A stretch of DNA of 64,000 nt from Candidatus Thorarchaeota archaeon. Its GTDB lineage: Archaea > Asgardarchaeota > Thorarchaeia > Thorarchaeales > Thorarchaeaceae. Positions 19,382-29,333 of this stretch are shown here, piece after piece; the first letter of the stretch is position 1; each line of letters begins with the position of its first letter. The notes below the pieces were generated by a model. The model had not been told where the DNA came from and did no database searches. It saw only the letters and a list, made by a program, of their open reading frames with translations. The stretch covers positions 32,001-96,000 of the forward strand of contig CAVSBO010000007.1 in NCBI GenBank assembly GCA_963726195.1, read 5' to 3'. Position numbers and translations under genes: made by a program.

Positions 19382-19805
19382 TTCGATTCACTCTCCTTTC
19401 CAGTTCTGAAGAAGGGCACACAATCTGTCAATATAACCATTTTCGCGGAAAACACGGTGTTTGTCGACATGAATAGGAGCATCCAGCTTGGTATTTGTCG
19501 ACAATTCTGGCAACAACCCGCTGCTCCAATTTCCCTACCCGGCTCATAGATTGCAGAGGTTATCGTTCGTAGTCTTTGCTTGCCCTTATGCTGTGCCCCG
19601 GTATTCGCTCTGTGACATGAAGGCCAGCGGCCATTCGAGTTCTGCTCACGGTTTGCCCTTGGCTTGAAATCGCGCAACTCTGTGCCTCTGACTACTAAGG
19701 CGACACGGATGTAGTGGAGACATGACAAACCCTTTATGACTGAGCAGAACACTGAAGCAATACATTGGAAAGGCAAACGTTAGCCTCGCGGCTCAGGTGC
19801 ACAGA

Positions 19806-20507
19806 ATGAAGATAGTTGTTACGGGCCCCCTCGCGTCTGGCAAGAGTCAGATCATCAATAAGATTACTGATGGAGCATGTATAAACATAGAGCGAAGAGG
19901 GACCACTATTGCTATGGACCATGGTGTGGCGCACGTTGATGGCATGACGGTCTTCATGTTCGGAACGCCAGGGCTTCTTAGGTTCAGAACAATGAGGAAG
20001 ATACTGAGTTCCGGAGCTGATGGCATCATATTTGTTGTGGATTCAGTTGATCCGGAATCCGATGCTAGAGCGAAGCTGTTCTTCAGGGAAGTTGCATTCT
20101 TTCTCCCAGGAGTCCCATGCGTTGTGGCTGCCAACAAGCAGGACATGGAAAACGCAAGGCCCGTTGACAGGTTGAGGAGCAGCATGAGCTTTCTGGCGGG
20201 ATTGCCGGTCTTTCCGTGCTCTGCTATAACTGGCGAAAATGTGGACATGATCTTGCGCACACTACTCTACCTGATAATGATGCAGTGGAGTTCTCTGTTC
20301 AGGAAGTTCGCAGAGTACAGCGGTGAACGAAACGGTCTAAGTCGGCTCATGGCTGATCTAAAGCTGGAACGTCAGCAGGCCGTGGGCTACTTGAGACGAT
20401 TCGAGCTTCGGAAACTCGTTGAGGTCCGGATAGGTGACGAGCAGTTCACTGTCAACGATTCAATCAGGCATCTACTCGAGAATCCTGTTCTAATCATGCG
20501 CCGTTAA
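19806..20507 (+). CDS. MglA/CvnD-like small GTPase with C-terminal wHTH
   Basis: GPLASGKS, GTTIAMDHG, FGTPGLLRF, NKQD, CSA. Confidence 0.85.
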   Translation: MKIVVTGPLASGKSQIINKITDGACINIERRGTTIAMDHGVAHVDGMTVFMFGTPGLLRFRTMRKILSSGADGIIFVVDSVDPESDARAKLFFREVAFFLPGVPCVVAANKQDMENARPVDRLRSSMSFLAGLPVFPCSAITGENVDMILRTLLYLIMMQWSSLFRKFAEYSGERNGLSRLMADLKLERQQAVGYLRRFELRKLVEVRIGDEQFTVNDSIRHLLENPVLIMRR

Positions 20508-20561
20508 ACCTGCAGAAAGAATCAAAAGCGACAAACAACGGCTCATTTGTGAGCCATAGAG

Positions 20562-21485
20562 GTGAGCCTCTTGAGTGACGAAGAAGAGCCGCTTGAAGAT
20601 ATGGACCCGGCTGAGCTAATGGAACAGGCGGCCGCGGCGAAGGAGTCAGGTGACAAAGCCTCAGCCGGTAAGCTGTACAACGCGGCAGGCAACATATACA
20701 TGTCAGTGGCTGAGTATACAGAGGCTCTGGACTGTTTCGAGAAATCATTGTCATTGTTTGCTGAGATCAAGGACGAGACCGGCACAAGTGACACCACGTA
20801 CAATCTGGGAGTAGCTCAAATCAATCTTGAGCGATGGGATGAAGCCATCAAGACCTGCGAGACCGCCATGAATACGTTCGAGAAGCTGTCGAACAACGAG
20901 GGTGCGGCTGATGCAATGTACGGATTGGCTCTAGCACATCTCGGCAAAGGAAACTTCGAGCAGGCTATGGAGTACTTCAACAAGGCCCAGAAAGCGTACA
21001 AGGCCGTCGGCAACGAACAAGGTGTTGCAAGCACCTTGATGGACATAGGCAATGCCTATGCCGATAAGGAAGACTGGGAATCCGCTGAAGCGTCCTTCAA
21101 GAAGGCTCTCAAAATCTACAGAGATCTCGATGACAAAGCCGGAATAGCTGATGCTTTGTCCTTGCTTGGCGACGTTTTTGAGACACGCAACAACCAGAGG
21201 AAATCGGCTGAATACTTTGTTGAGGCAGCCCAGTGTTACTTTGAGGCCGACATACTGGACATAGCAAGAGAGGTCGTAGACCGGGCCGAGCAGAAGCTTT
21301 GGGATCTACCAAAGGCGACACGCCGGCGACTGAGAAAGATGATTGATGACATCAAAGACGCATTACCAGAAGAAACTGAGGAAGCCGAGGAAGAAGGTGG
21401 CGATGAAGACCTCGATGAGGAGGCGCTTGATGCCGAAATCGAAGGCGGCGAATTAGACGACTCTGACATGGACGAAGAGAAGTAG
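20562..21485 (+). CDS. TPR protein with acidic tails
   Basis: ~40-aa helical repeats (GNxY...wxxAxxxfxkAL); D/E-rich C-terminus. Confidence 0.85.
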   Translation: MSLLSDEEEPLEDMDPAELMEQAAAAKESGDKASAGKLYNAAGNIYMSVAEYTEALDCFEKSLSLFAEIKDETGTSDTTYNLGVAQINLERWDEAIKTCETAMNTFEKLSNNEGAADAMYGLALAHLGKGNFEQAMEYFNKAQKAYKAVGNEQGVASTLMDIGNAYADKEDWESAEASFKKALKIYRDLDDKAGIADALSLLGDVFETRNNQRKSAEYFVEAAQCYFEADILDIAREVVDRAEQKLWDLPKATRRRLRKMIDDIKDALPEETEEAEEEGGDEDLDEEALDAEIEGGELDDSDMDEEK

Positions 21486-21606
21486 GTTGGTAGTGTCTTG
21501 CGCATTGGCCGTTAGTGAACGGCATCGGTACAATTGCATCAATCCAGAATAACCCTATTTACGTGACAGCACTTAGAAACTCGGAAAAGTCAGGAGCTGC
21601 CGTTGC

Positions 21607-24600
21607 TTGAAGGGTCATACGAGAGCGGTCTGCACATGCGTTTTCATCGCTATCTTTGCCATATTCGCGATTCCCGCCATACCTGCTGGATTGGCGTCTA
21701 GCATCCTTGACGCATCATGTTCTTCAAACGAAAACCAAGCAGCGTCTCTCTCAGGGCTGGAGGTTGATCCCATTGGGAAAGTCACTTTCGTAGCGACGGA
21801 CTCCAGTTCACTTATTGACGAGTTCTCCTTCATGGCGTCTGTTCCTACTGCCGTGTTCAGGTACGGCGGTCACCAATACCTTTCTCCCGTTGTGTTTGAT
21901 ACTCAATCCGATTCTGAAAGATGGCTCATTGAGGATTGGGCTCATTACCTATCTTCTGATGGTGGCGTAGGCCAAGCTGTGAGCATCGGCAATATTTCCG
22001 ACTCAACCCTCTTCAATCTCGAGAAGCTCATCGGAGCTCAAATCTATCCAAGGGTGAAAGGAGCAACTTCCGCAGATATTGCATCACTGCTGGCTCTCAT
22101 GGACTGGAAGACATCTGACGTAGCCGTATTCGCTCTTGCAGACGATTCTCTTGCCCCCATGACCATCTCCCAAGGCAATGTCAATCACACGATTATCAAC
22201 GAACCCGTCACTGTCTATACACCCTCTGTCAGCGTTAGTTCGAGTGCCCCTGTCTACGTGACATTCACACCTCCCGCCGGGACTGGTTGGATCGAGGGCA
22301 GCTTCAATTGGACAGGTGACGAGTTCTTTACGCACACCCTGATTGACCCAGGAAATATGACAGTCGATTACTCTAGTCACGCTCAAGCATACGGGGAGCG
22401 GTTTTTTACGCAGAGTCCCATGCCGCTGTATTTCTGGGTGCCCAAGACTGCTGATGGGCAATGGCAGTTCGTTCTTCATCCTGAAACTGCAATTAGCCGT
22501 ACAATCCCTATTGACTGCCAAATCAAGTATCATACTGGATTCAGTCAGGCCATTAGTGTTCCATCGGACGCTCGTTGGCTTAATGTGAGCGTGAATTGGA
22601 ACAAGGCGGGTGCCAACCTCAATCTCGCCCTCATCGATCCAACAGGCCGACTTGGAGAGTGGGCGCCTTCTGGCAGCATTCTTTCCAGTCCCGGCCTCAA
22701 GTCAATCGCATTGCCTTATCCAATGCCCGGTGTTTGGACTGCCGTCGTCGCTTGGATGGACTCCACATCGCAACAAAACGATGTCAATCTCTCATGGAAA
22801 ATCCCGGCTCTGCCCACTCATCTCCAAGCCTATCTTGAGTCGGCGGCAAATGGGGCGGTCTTGGCCTCTCTTCTAAATGCGCCTCTTCTGTTTGTCTCAG
22901 CAAACTCAGTGCCTTCTGCGACAATGTCGGCAGCTGCGGCACTTGGTGTGAGCACCGCTTTCCTAGTGGATCCGGACAACATTCATTCCCTTGCTGTGTT
23001 GAATGAGCTACAGCTGTTTGCTAACGTCACCAATCTTGACACTGCCCCATTGGTTTCTACTACTATCCGGCAATATTCTGCAGTGAATGATGTTGTTGTC
23101 ACAGTGCCCACTGGTTCAGGAGACGAGACATTCGCGTCAGCAGCCCTTTCCGCGGCTGTACACGGTTGCCCCGTATTCTCCCTGTGCGGCAATGACAACG
23201 CGCTCACCACAAGGGCAGAGGAAACATGGGCGCCGTACCTCATAGGCCCTGACATCGAGGTGTACGTCACAAGCAGATACACAACGAGAACCGAGAATGG
23301 TTGGTACGACGAGAGGATTCCAAACAAGTACTCAATGACTGCCTCTGCGTTTAGTTTCAAGGGTTTCTTGGAGAACAGGGGTGCCTACAATGCCACGCAG
23401 ACGCAGCAAATCGTCGTCATCTCCTCCCTTGATAACCTAAAGCCCAGTTTCGATAGATCATTACAGTGCAATTTCTCTGTGGGGCGCATTCCCACCGATG
23501 ACCCTGCGATGGCTTCCGTGATGATATCGAGGGCCGCACTTCATCGATTCCTGTTCAGCACAGCCGAATCAGTGAATCAGGCTCTTCTTACAATGTACGC
23601 TTATACCAACGGTGCTGGATACGTTGACAATTTCCATAATGTGCATGAGATTTGGCAGATTGAGAACTCAACCAATGCGCTTCAATCTGCGGGGTTCGGC
23701 ATTGAAAGCCATGTAGGCTACTCCGAGGTCTTCACTGCACTTGCAGCACAGCCCTCATTCTGGTCGTTGAGCACTCACGGTACTCTCACAAGCTACCCGA
23801 CGGATCCTCCTGAGAGACCTGATGGGCTTGGGCTCTTTTCATTGAGGAATCAAGATGCTCCCTACGGTTTCGAAGTGAGTCTCACCCAACGTGAGAGCAC
23901 AAGCCACAGTGATCATATCGTGAACCCTGTAGCATACTCGCAAGAGAGCTTACATCACGTGATCAAGTCAACGAATGACCTTGAAGCCGCGATATCTGAC
24001 ATAGGTTCTCCGATTGTGATTCTTACTGCATGCCTGCTTGGAGGTAGCAGTCTTCCTGAGATGCTGATGAAGCACGGTGCAGTGGCGGTGATGGCCTCTC
24101 CACGAACTGTCTACTTCCAGCCTGCAGGTCTGTTGTCAGTCTTGATTACTAGTTCGTTGGCAGCGGGCAATACGACCGGCATTTCTCTTGCGCAGGCCTT
24201 ACGAGCTGTATCCTATGACTATTCGAATCCTCCTCTCGTCGATCCCACTGACTATGCCAACCAACAGATTCTGTTTGGCGACCCCGCTATCAGACTGTAC
24301 AACACGGTGAGCGATCCTCATGTTACTGCAATCAACCCAACAAGTACTTCGTTCGGAAGTCATTTGTCTGGCAGGGGCGTGCCTGCTGTCGCAGGCCTTG
24401 GGTCTTCCAGCTACTTGCCCGAATCACTCAATATGCTCGGAATAGGCAATGACTTCTACGGAACCAACAACTACAGCACGTTTCTCTGGTTGCTACCTCT
24501 AAGGCACGCTGTTCTGTTAGAACCTGGTTCGCTGAGCGCACTTGCGAAAAACATCTCTGGAAGCGCCAGTCAGCTCGACGATTACGTTCGCAGTGGCGGT

Positions 24601-25440
24601 ACTCTTGTGCTGTTTGGAATCTCGGGAGACACGAGCTGGATGCCTTGGTCCGTAGTGGTGGAAGACAGCCCACCGGGGAATCCTATAACTGTCACAGATG
24701 CGGCTCACCCTCTGATGTCTTTGCCCAACGTAGTCGGCAGCTCTACGGGATACCGTGGCTACTTCAGTTCCGTTTCAGCCAATCTCTCTGCTATTGCCAC
24801 TGATGGTTCACATCCCGTGATTGTTGCAGGAGTGCTGGGCTATGGCAAGCTGGCACTCACCACAACTTACCCCACGGGAGCAGAAGGTAATGCAACAATC
24901 CAGAATGCTGCGCTGTGGTATGAACAGCCCTCCCTCTGTCTCAACAGCGTGACGATGAACGAGTACGTGATCTGGGCGGGCGACCGCGTGATTATCACGA
25001 TCCATATCACTAATCTCATAGGCAACGAAATACCAAACGCGAGCATTCGGGTCTGGCTGAATTCCTCCCAGGTGGATGTTCTAGACACCGGCAACGGTGC
25101 CTATGTGGCGACACTCAGCGAACAATGGACCGGGAACAGGTCCGGCTACTATGATCTCAGAATCGAATCTACCAAGCCCGGCTACGATACTATGACGAAG
25201 CTGTTGCCCCGCTTCTTGTACGTTCGTCCCTCCCCTTGGCTCGCCCTCGGGATCATCGGTGCCGTAGTGGGGACTGTGTTTGTGGGCCTGCTATACATCA
25301 GGCATCGACGCGGAGCCAAATTGCTGCCTAGTCGTCACGGAGACCGTTCGAGTCGAGACCAGGAACGGGAGAGAAGGGAGAAGGAGCGTCAAAAAAAGGA
25401 GGACCAAAAGGTCAATCCCTCTGAGTTCTTTGGAGTGTGA
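21607..25440 (+). CDS. Large membrane-anchored surface protein with peptidase C25 (gingipain-like) domain
   Basis: Signal peptide; VGRIP, STHG (His), LTAC (Cys), GAVAVMA, LFGDP motifs in C25 order; C-terminal TM plus charged tail. Confidence 0.68.
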   Translation: MKGHTRAVCTCVFIAIFAIFAIPAIPAGLASSILDASCSSNENQAASLSGLEVDPIGKVTFVATDSSSLIDEFSFMASVPTAVFRYGGHQYLSPVVFDTQSDSERWLIEDWAHYLSSDGGVGQAVSIGNISDSTLFNLEKLIGAQIYPRVKGATSADIASLLALMDWKTSDVAVFALADDSLAPMTISQGNVNHTIINEPVTVYTPSVSVSSSAPVYVTFTPPAGTGWIEGSFNWTGDEFFTHTLIDPGNMTVDYSSHAQAYGERFFTQSPMPLYFWVPKTADGQWQFVLHPETAISRTIPIDCQIKYHTGFSQAISVPSDARWLNVSVNWNKAGANLNLALIDPTGRLGEWAPSGSILSSPGLKSIALPYPMPGVWTAVVAWMDSTSQQNDVNLSWKIPALPTHLQAYLESAANGAVLASLLNAPLLFVSANSVPSATMSAAAALGVSTAFLVDPDNIHSLAVLNELQLFANVTNLDTAPLVSTTIRQYSAVNDVVVTVPTGSGDETFASAALSAAVHGCPVFSLCGNDNALTTRAEETWAPYLIGPDIEVYVTSRYTTRTENGWYDERIPNKYSMTASAFSFKGFLENRGAYNATQTQQIVVISSLDNLKPSFDRSLQCNFSVGRIPTDDPAMASVMISRAALHRFLFSTAESVNQALLTMYAYTNGAGYVDNFHNVHEIWQIENSTNALQSAGFGIESHVGYSEVFTALAAQPSFWSLSTHGTLTSYPTDPPERPDGLGLFSLRNQDAPYGFEVSLTQRESTSHSDHIVNPVAYSQESLHHVIKSTNDLEAAISDIGSPIVILTACLLGGSSLPEMLMKHGAVAVMASPRTVYFQPAGLLSVLITSSLAAGNTTGISLAQALRAVSYDYSNPPLVDPTDYANQQILFGDPAIRLYNTVSDPHVTAINPTSTSFGSHLSGRGVPAVAGLGSSSYLPESLNMLGIGNDFYGTNNYSTFLWLLPLRHAVLLEPGSLSALAKNISGSASQLDDYVRSGGTLVLFGISGDTSWMPWSVVVEDSPPGNPITVTDAAHPLMSLPNVVGSSTGYRGYFSSVSANLSAIATDGSHPVIVAGVLGYGKLALTTTYPTGAEGNATIQNAALWYEQPSLCLNSVTMNEYVIWAGDRVIITIHITNLIGNEIPNASIRVWLNSSQVDVLDTGNGAYVATLSEQWTGNRSGYYDLRIESTKPGYDTMTKLLPRFLYVRPSPWLALGIIGAVVGTVFVGLLYIRHRRGAKLLPSRHGDRSSRDQERERREKERQKKEDQKVNPSEFFGV

Positions 25441-25538
25441 TTGACTGATAACGCTAGCCAAATGGCATTTATGTATCACTAAGGTTTTAAGATGTGCTAC
25501 GTGACTGACGTATATTCCGAGGAGCTGAAGAACGAGCC

Positions 25539-25901
25539 ATGTCCAGTCGGGTTGACAAGATTAACAAGACCATCAGGGATTTCGAGACTGTGCCAGGAGT
25601 CGAGGGGGCCGCATTGGTCTCGCTGGATGGTCTCATGATCTCTTCTGCACTCCCTGAAAGCGAACAGGAAAGAGTGGCTGCTATTAGTGCCGCGCTGCTG
25701 TCGCTGGGCGAGAAAGCGACCAACGAGCTTGATCGAGGGCTCCTGCTCGAGATTTACGTCAAGGGCGACAAGGGTTACACCCTCATGACCTCGGTTGGAG
25801 ATACTGCTCTGTTGCTAGTGCTAGCGAAGGCCGATGCGCAGCTAGGTTTGATCTTTGTCGACATGAAACGGATGGCTGAGAACTTGCTCGATATTCTGTA
25901 A
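25539..25901 (+). CDS. Roadblock/LC7 (MglB/LAMTOR-like) protein
   Basis: GVEGAALVSLDGLMISSALP...RVAAISAALLSLG...LGLIFVDM. Confidence 0.92.
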   Translation: MSSRVDKINKTIRDFETVPGVEGAALVSLDGLMISSALPESEQERVAAISAALLSLGEKATNELDRGLLLEIYVKGDKGYTLMTSVGDTALLLVLAKADAQLGLIFVDMKRMAENLLDIL

Positions 25902-25948
25902 CAAGGCAATGAATGTCTTGGCTGCTACCAATGCGCAGAACCAGTTTC

Positions 25949-27181
25949 TCAGATCCTTCGCACCATTTCGTCGACTATCGCGCGGGCTACTTCTCTCTTT
26001 GTTGCGAGAGGAATCTTCTTTGCGAACCCTTTCGACCCAACTATCACCACTTCGTTTGTATCTGCTCCAAAAGCCGCGCCTTTCCGACGTTCGTCATTAC
26101 CAATGACCAAGTTGCACACTCCGCCATCCACCTTGGTTCTAGCCCGAGCTTCAAGTTCTTCGTCGGTGACTCCTGATTCAACCTTGAAGCCAACTATGAA
26201 GAGGTCCTTGTGACGTTTCCGAACCTCCTCTATTATCTTGGGGGTAGATACGAGCTGGATCGCGTAAGGCTCACCGGATGGTCTCTTTCTGTCCTCGCGT
26301 TTGGCGGGAGCGAAGTCAAGTACTGCTGCCGCTGAAAGAAACGCAGTTGCCTTGTATGCAGCGAGAGCGTCAAGAACGGCCTGCAGCATTTCCTCTGACG
26401 TTTCTACGTGCTTTACCTCCGCGTCGTGAGGAACAGCTTGTGTGGTGGGTCCGATCACAAGTGTGACGCTCCCTCCCCTTCCTATGATTTCACGGGCTAT
26501 TTCGATGCCCATCTTGCCCGTAGAGGGGTTCGTCATGTATCTTACTCGGTCAATCCAACCTCGAGTTGGTCCTGCAGTAACGACGAAACGCTTGCCGCGC
26601 AAGTCGCCTGGACCGAGCACTGCGAGAACGTGGTCCACGATTTCTTCAACTTCGGGTATCTTTGCCTTGTCCTCTTCCAACCTAGGCGCAACCACACCAA
26701 CTCCCATTTGCTGCAGTTTGTCGATGTTGGCTCTGACAGCGGGATGGTCATACATGGACTCGTGCATTGCTGGTACAACAAGCACCGGAATGTGGGCGCC
26801 AATTGCGGAGGAGACGGTGGTCGTGACCGGTGTGTCGTCAATTCCGTTTGCGATTTTCCCTATCGTGTTCGCAGTGGCTGGGGCGACCAGGACAAGATCG
26901 ACGTGGCCTTCGTGTTTGCCAGCCAAACTGACGTGTTCTATCTGTCCCGTGAGCTCAGTCACCACACGATTGCCGGTTGCCCATTCAAGCAGGTAGGGAT
27001 GGAGAATCTTCTGAGCATTCGGGCTCATGACGCAATAGATGTCTGCTCCATGTCTCATGAGTCGCCTAGCAAGTGCCACGCATTCGACAGCCGCAACACT
27101 TCCGGTAATACAAAGGGCGATTTTGCGTCCTTCTAGAAGGCTGCTCAGAGTACCCCTGATGAGCTTGGATGTATGTTCCAT
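25949..27181 (-). CDS. coaBC: Phosphopantothenoylcysteine decarboxylase/ligase
   Basis: GSVAA, APATANTIGKIANGIDD, PAMHESMY, TAGPT..IDRVRYMTNPSTGKMG, VGFKVE. Confidence 0.95.
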   Translation of the reverse strand: MEHTSKLIRGTLSSLLEGRKIALCITGSVAAVECVALARRLMRHGADIYCVMSPNAQKILHPYLLEWATGNRVVTELTGQIEHVSLAGKHEGHVDLVLVAPATANTIGKIANGIDDTPVTTTVSSAIGAHIPVLVVPAMHESMYDHPAVRANIDKLQQMGVGVVAPRLEEDKAKIPEVEEIVDHVLAVLGPGDLRGKRFVVTAGPTRGWIDRVRYMTNPSTGKMGIEIAREIIGRGGSVTLVIGPTTQAVPHDAEVKHVETSEEMLQAVLDALAAYKATAFLSAAAVLDFAPAKREDRKRPSGEPYAIQLVSTPKIIEEVRKRHKDLFIVGFKVESGVTDEELEARARTKVDGGVCNLVIGNDERRKGAAFGADTNEVVIVGSKGFAKKIPLATKREVARAIVDEMVRRI

Positions 27182-27422
27182 TCGACCATTCCCATGAAAA
27201 GCCATTCTCCATCTGCTCATAAACTGAACGTCCACGGTGGCGTTCTGGTCCCATGCCTATTGTGCCTGCTTTGGGCAAAGGATATATGAGCCAGTTGAAA
27301 CAGACCTCTTCGCCAACGGTGGATTCCCCTGTGTTAGTCCAGACCGGGAGAGCACGCTTGGACCCTCGCACAGGAACACTACAGGTTGCATTGTGGAGAG
27401 TGAATACTCCCTCTAGAACTCA

Positions 27423-28283
27423 ATGGCGGTGCGATGTACTTGGCGGACTCTTCTCAAGACCGAGACGTTATCTACAGAAGACTGCCCGCCTGAGAAGAGG
27501 GCCCGATTTCAGGCCTATGATCGAACTGTGTCTTCGCTCGGAAGCCTAACGCAATCGATGTTCATTCTAGATAACGACAATGAGATTGACACTTTTCAGC
27601 ACGACTTCAATGAGTTCTTGAAGACGAGCGGCCGGTGGGATGACGAGTCAGATAAGTTGCCTTACTACGTCGTGCACATTGGCTACGACGGAGACATGCT
27701 TGACGACATGTTTAGGCTGGTGGTATCGGATGAGGCCAGCAATTTCGATCCAGCCAAACTGGACGCTAGCATGCTCTACTCAAAGCAGGCCATCTTTCAG
27801 CATCTCTACCACATAATAACGAAGGACAAGTTCGTTGTTTTTCATATCACGGAGTTTCCACTGGCCTACTATTTCGAGACCGCGGTCGTTGTTGACGTTG
27901 AGGATCTGTCTGACGTTATGGATCCCGCCGTGCATGATGAGACAATAGTCCGATACCTCAACGATTTGCGAGACCAAGGGACAGAGGAGCACCGAAAGAC
28001 CTACAGCTTCTTCTACAGAATCAGTACGTCGCTATTGATGGAGTTGTCCAACGCGTTCTTGGTGGTCCCAACTGCCGGAATGAACAGACATCTGGTTGTT
28101 ACGAGCTGGAGAACTCAGACTCTGCTGCTCGGTTTCAGCCCTCTCACCTGGTCGTCAGGTTCGTTCAATGTCTACGACCTATCCGGCCGCGATATAGATG
28201 CGCGCTGGGCCTACCCTGCTCGGCGCACTACTGACCCACGGATAAAGCAATACACGAGTCTGGTGCCGCTGAACAAGGTTTGA
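27423..28283 (+). CDS. Hypothetical protein
   Basis: 286-aa ORF with normal globular composition; no motif recognised. Confidence 0.55.
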   Translation: MAVRCTWRTLLKTETLSTEDCPPEKRARFQAYDRTVSSLGSLTQSMFILDNDNEIDTFQHDFNEFLKTSGRWDDESDKLPYYVVHIGYDGDMLDDMFRLVVSDEASNFDPAKLDASMLYSKQAIFQHLYHIITKDKFVVFHITEFPLAYYFETAVVVDVEDLSDVMDPAVHDETIVRYLNDLRDQGTEEHRKTYSFFYRISTSLLMELSNAFLVVPTAGMNRHLVVTSWRTQTLLLGFSPLTWSSGSFNVYDLSGRDIDARWAYPARRTTDPRIKQYTSLVPLNKV

Positions 28284-28397
28284 TGTTTCGCACCTAGATC
28301 CAGTCTTTTGAGAGCAGAGGACCCCAAACATATACAACATGTATGAGTTCTTTTATGTATAGTATACACTTATACAGCGCCTTTTCCATTTTATATT

Positions 28398-29333
28398 GTG
28401 AAGCGCGCTCCAACACCTAGTGCGATAGCTATCAGAGCCTTTGTTCCCGGGCACATAACAGGGTTGTTCAGGATTCATGATAGCGCTCCAGATACTCTTC
28501 ACTGCGGGTCTACGGGCGCGGGCTTCTCGGTGTCACTGGGTACGACAACGAGTGTCCGGACGGAAGAAGGCAACTCGCTGCAGGTAGAAGTTGAATACAA
28601 CGGAAAGCGCATCGATGCGCCAGTAACGACCACGGTCGTGATGACGATGGCAGAACAATACGAGTGCAAATTCCCAGTACATATCCAGCACCAATCAGAC
28701 CTTCCAATAGGCGTAGGATTTGGTGCATCTGGGGCAGGCGCCCTAGGCACTGCATTGGCACTCGGTAAGATGATGGATCCCAAAATGACTCCGGCGAAGG
28801 CAGCGGGTTTCGCTCATTCTGCAGAGGTGGTGAATCACACTGGGCTGGGTGACGTAATCGGTCAGTTTGAGGGAGGAGTTGAGGTCCGGGTTTTGCCAGG
28901 CGCACCTGGCATAGGTAGGATTGTCCATGTCCCTTACGATCACTCGATGCAAGTTGCACTTGCCGGCGGTCACGGACTCAAAGCAAAGAGAGCGGCTCTG
29001 GTAGATGCTGAATGGCATGAAAGAATCAACCGTGTTGCAGGAGACCTCATTGAAGAAATGAAGGCAAACCCGTCCATCTTGAGGTTCATAGACTGCTCTC
29101 GTCGTTTTGCAGATACGACTGGTCTCGCAACAGAGCGAGTCAGATCCACATTGAAACGTCTAGACTCAGCCGGGCTGGATCAATCAGGAATGGTCATGCT
29201 GGGCGACTCCGTCTTTTGTTTCTGTGGGGAGGAGAACTCCTCAGCCGCCACTGAGATTCTCTCACAGGAATGGAACACGGAAGAAGTCATGGTAACAAGC
29301 GTGGCCGCAAAAGGGGGTCATGTGCTTCCATGA
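28398..29333 (+). CDS. Pantoate kinase (GHMP family, PoK)
   Basis: AFVPGHITGLF, GSTGAG, PIGVGFGASGA, TGLGDV; upstream of PPS. Confidence 0.9.
   Translation: MKRAPTPSAIAIRAFVPGHITGLFRIHDSAPDTLHCGSTGAGFSVSLGTTTSVRTEEGNSLQVEVEYNGKRIDAPVTTTVVMTMAEQYECKFPVHIQHQSDLPIGVGFGASGAGALGTALALGKMMDPKMTPAKAAGFAHSAEVVNHTGLGDVIGQFEGGVEVRVLPGAPGIGRIVHVPYDHSMQVALAGGHGLKAKRAALVDAEWHERINRVAGDLIEEMKANPSILRFIDCSRRFADTTGLATERVRSTLKRLDSAGLDQSGMVMLGDSVFCFCGEENSSAATEILSQEWNTEEVMVTSVAAKGGHVLP

Noticed and set aside
19388-19390. In-frame UGA between two small ORFs as a Sec codon
   Set aside because: It sits in an SD-like GGAGAGTGA just before an ATG, typical of coupled genes; no redox motif or SECIS.
26408-27136. Long antisense ORFs over coaBC, ileS and others
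   Set aside because: Shadow ORFs opposite well-supported genes.
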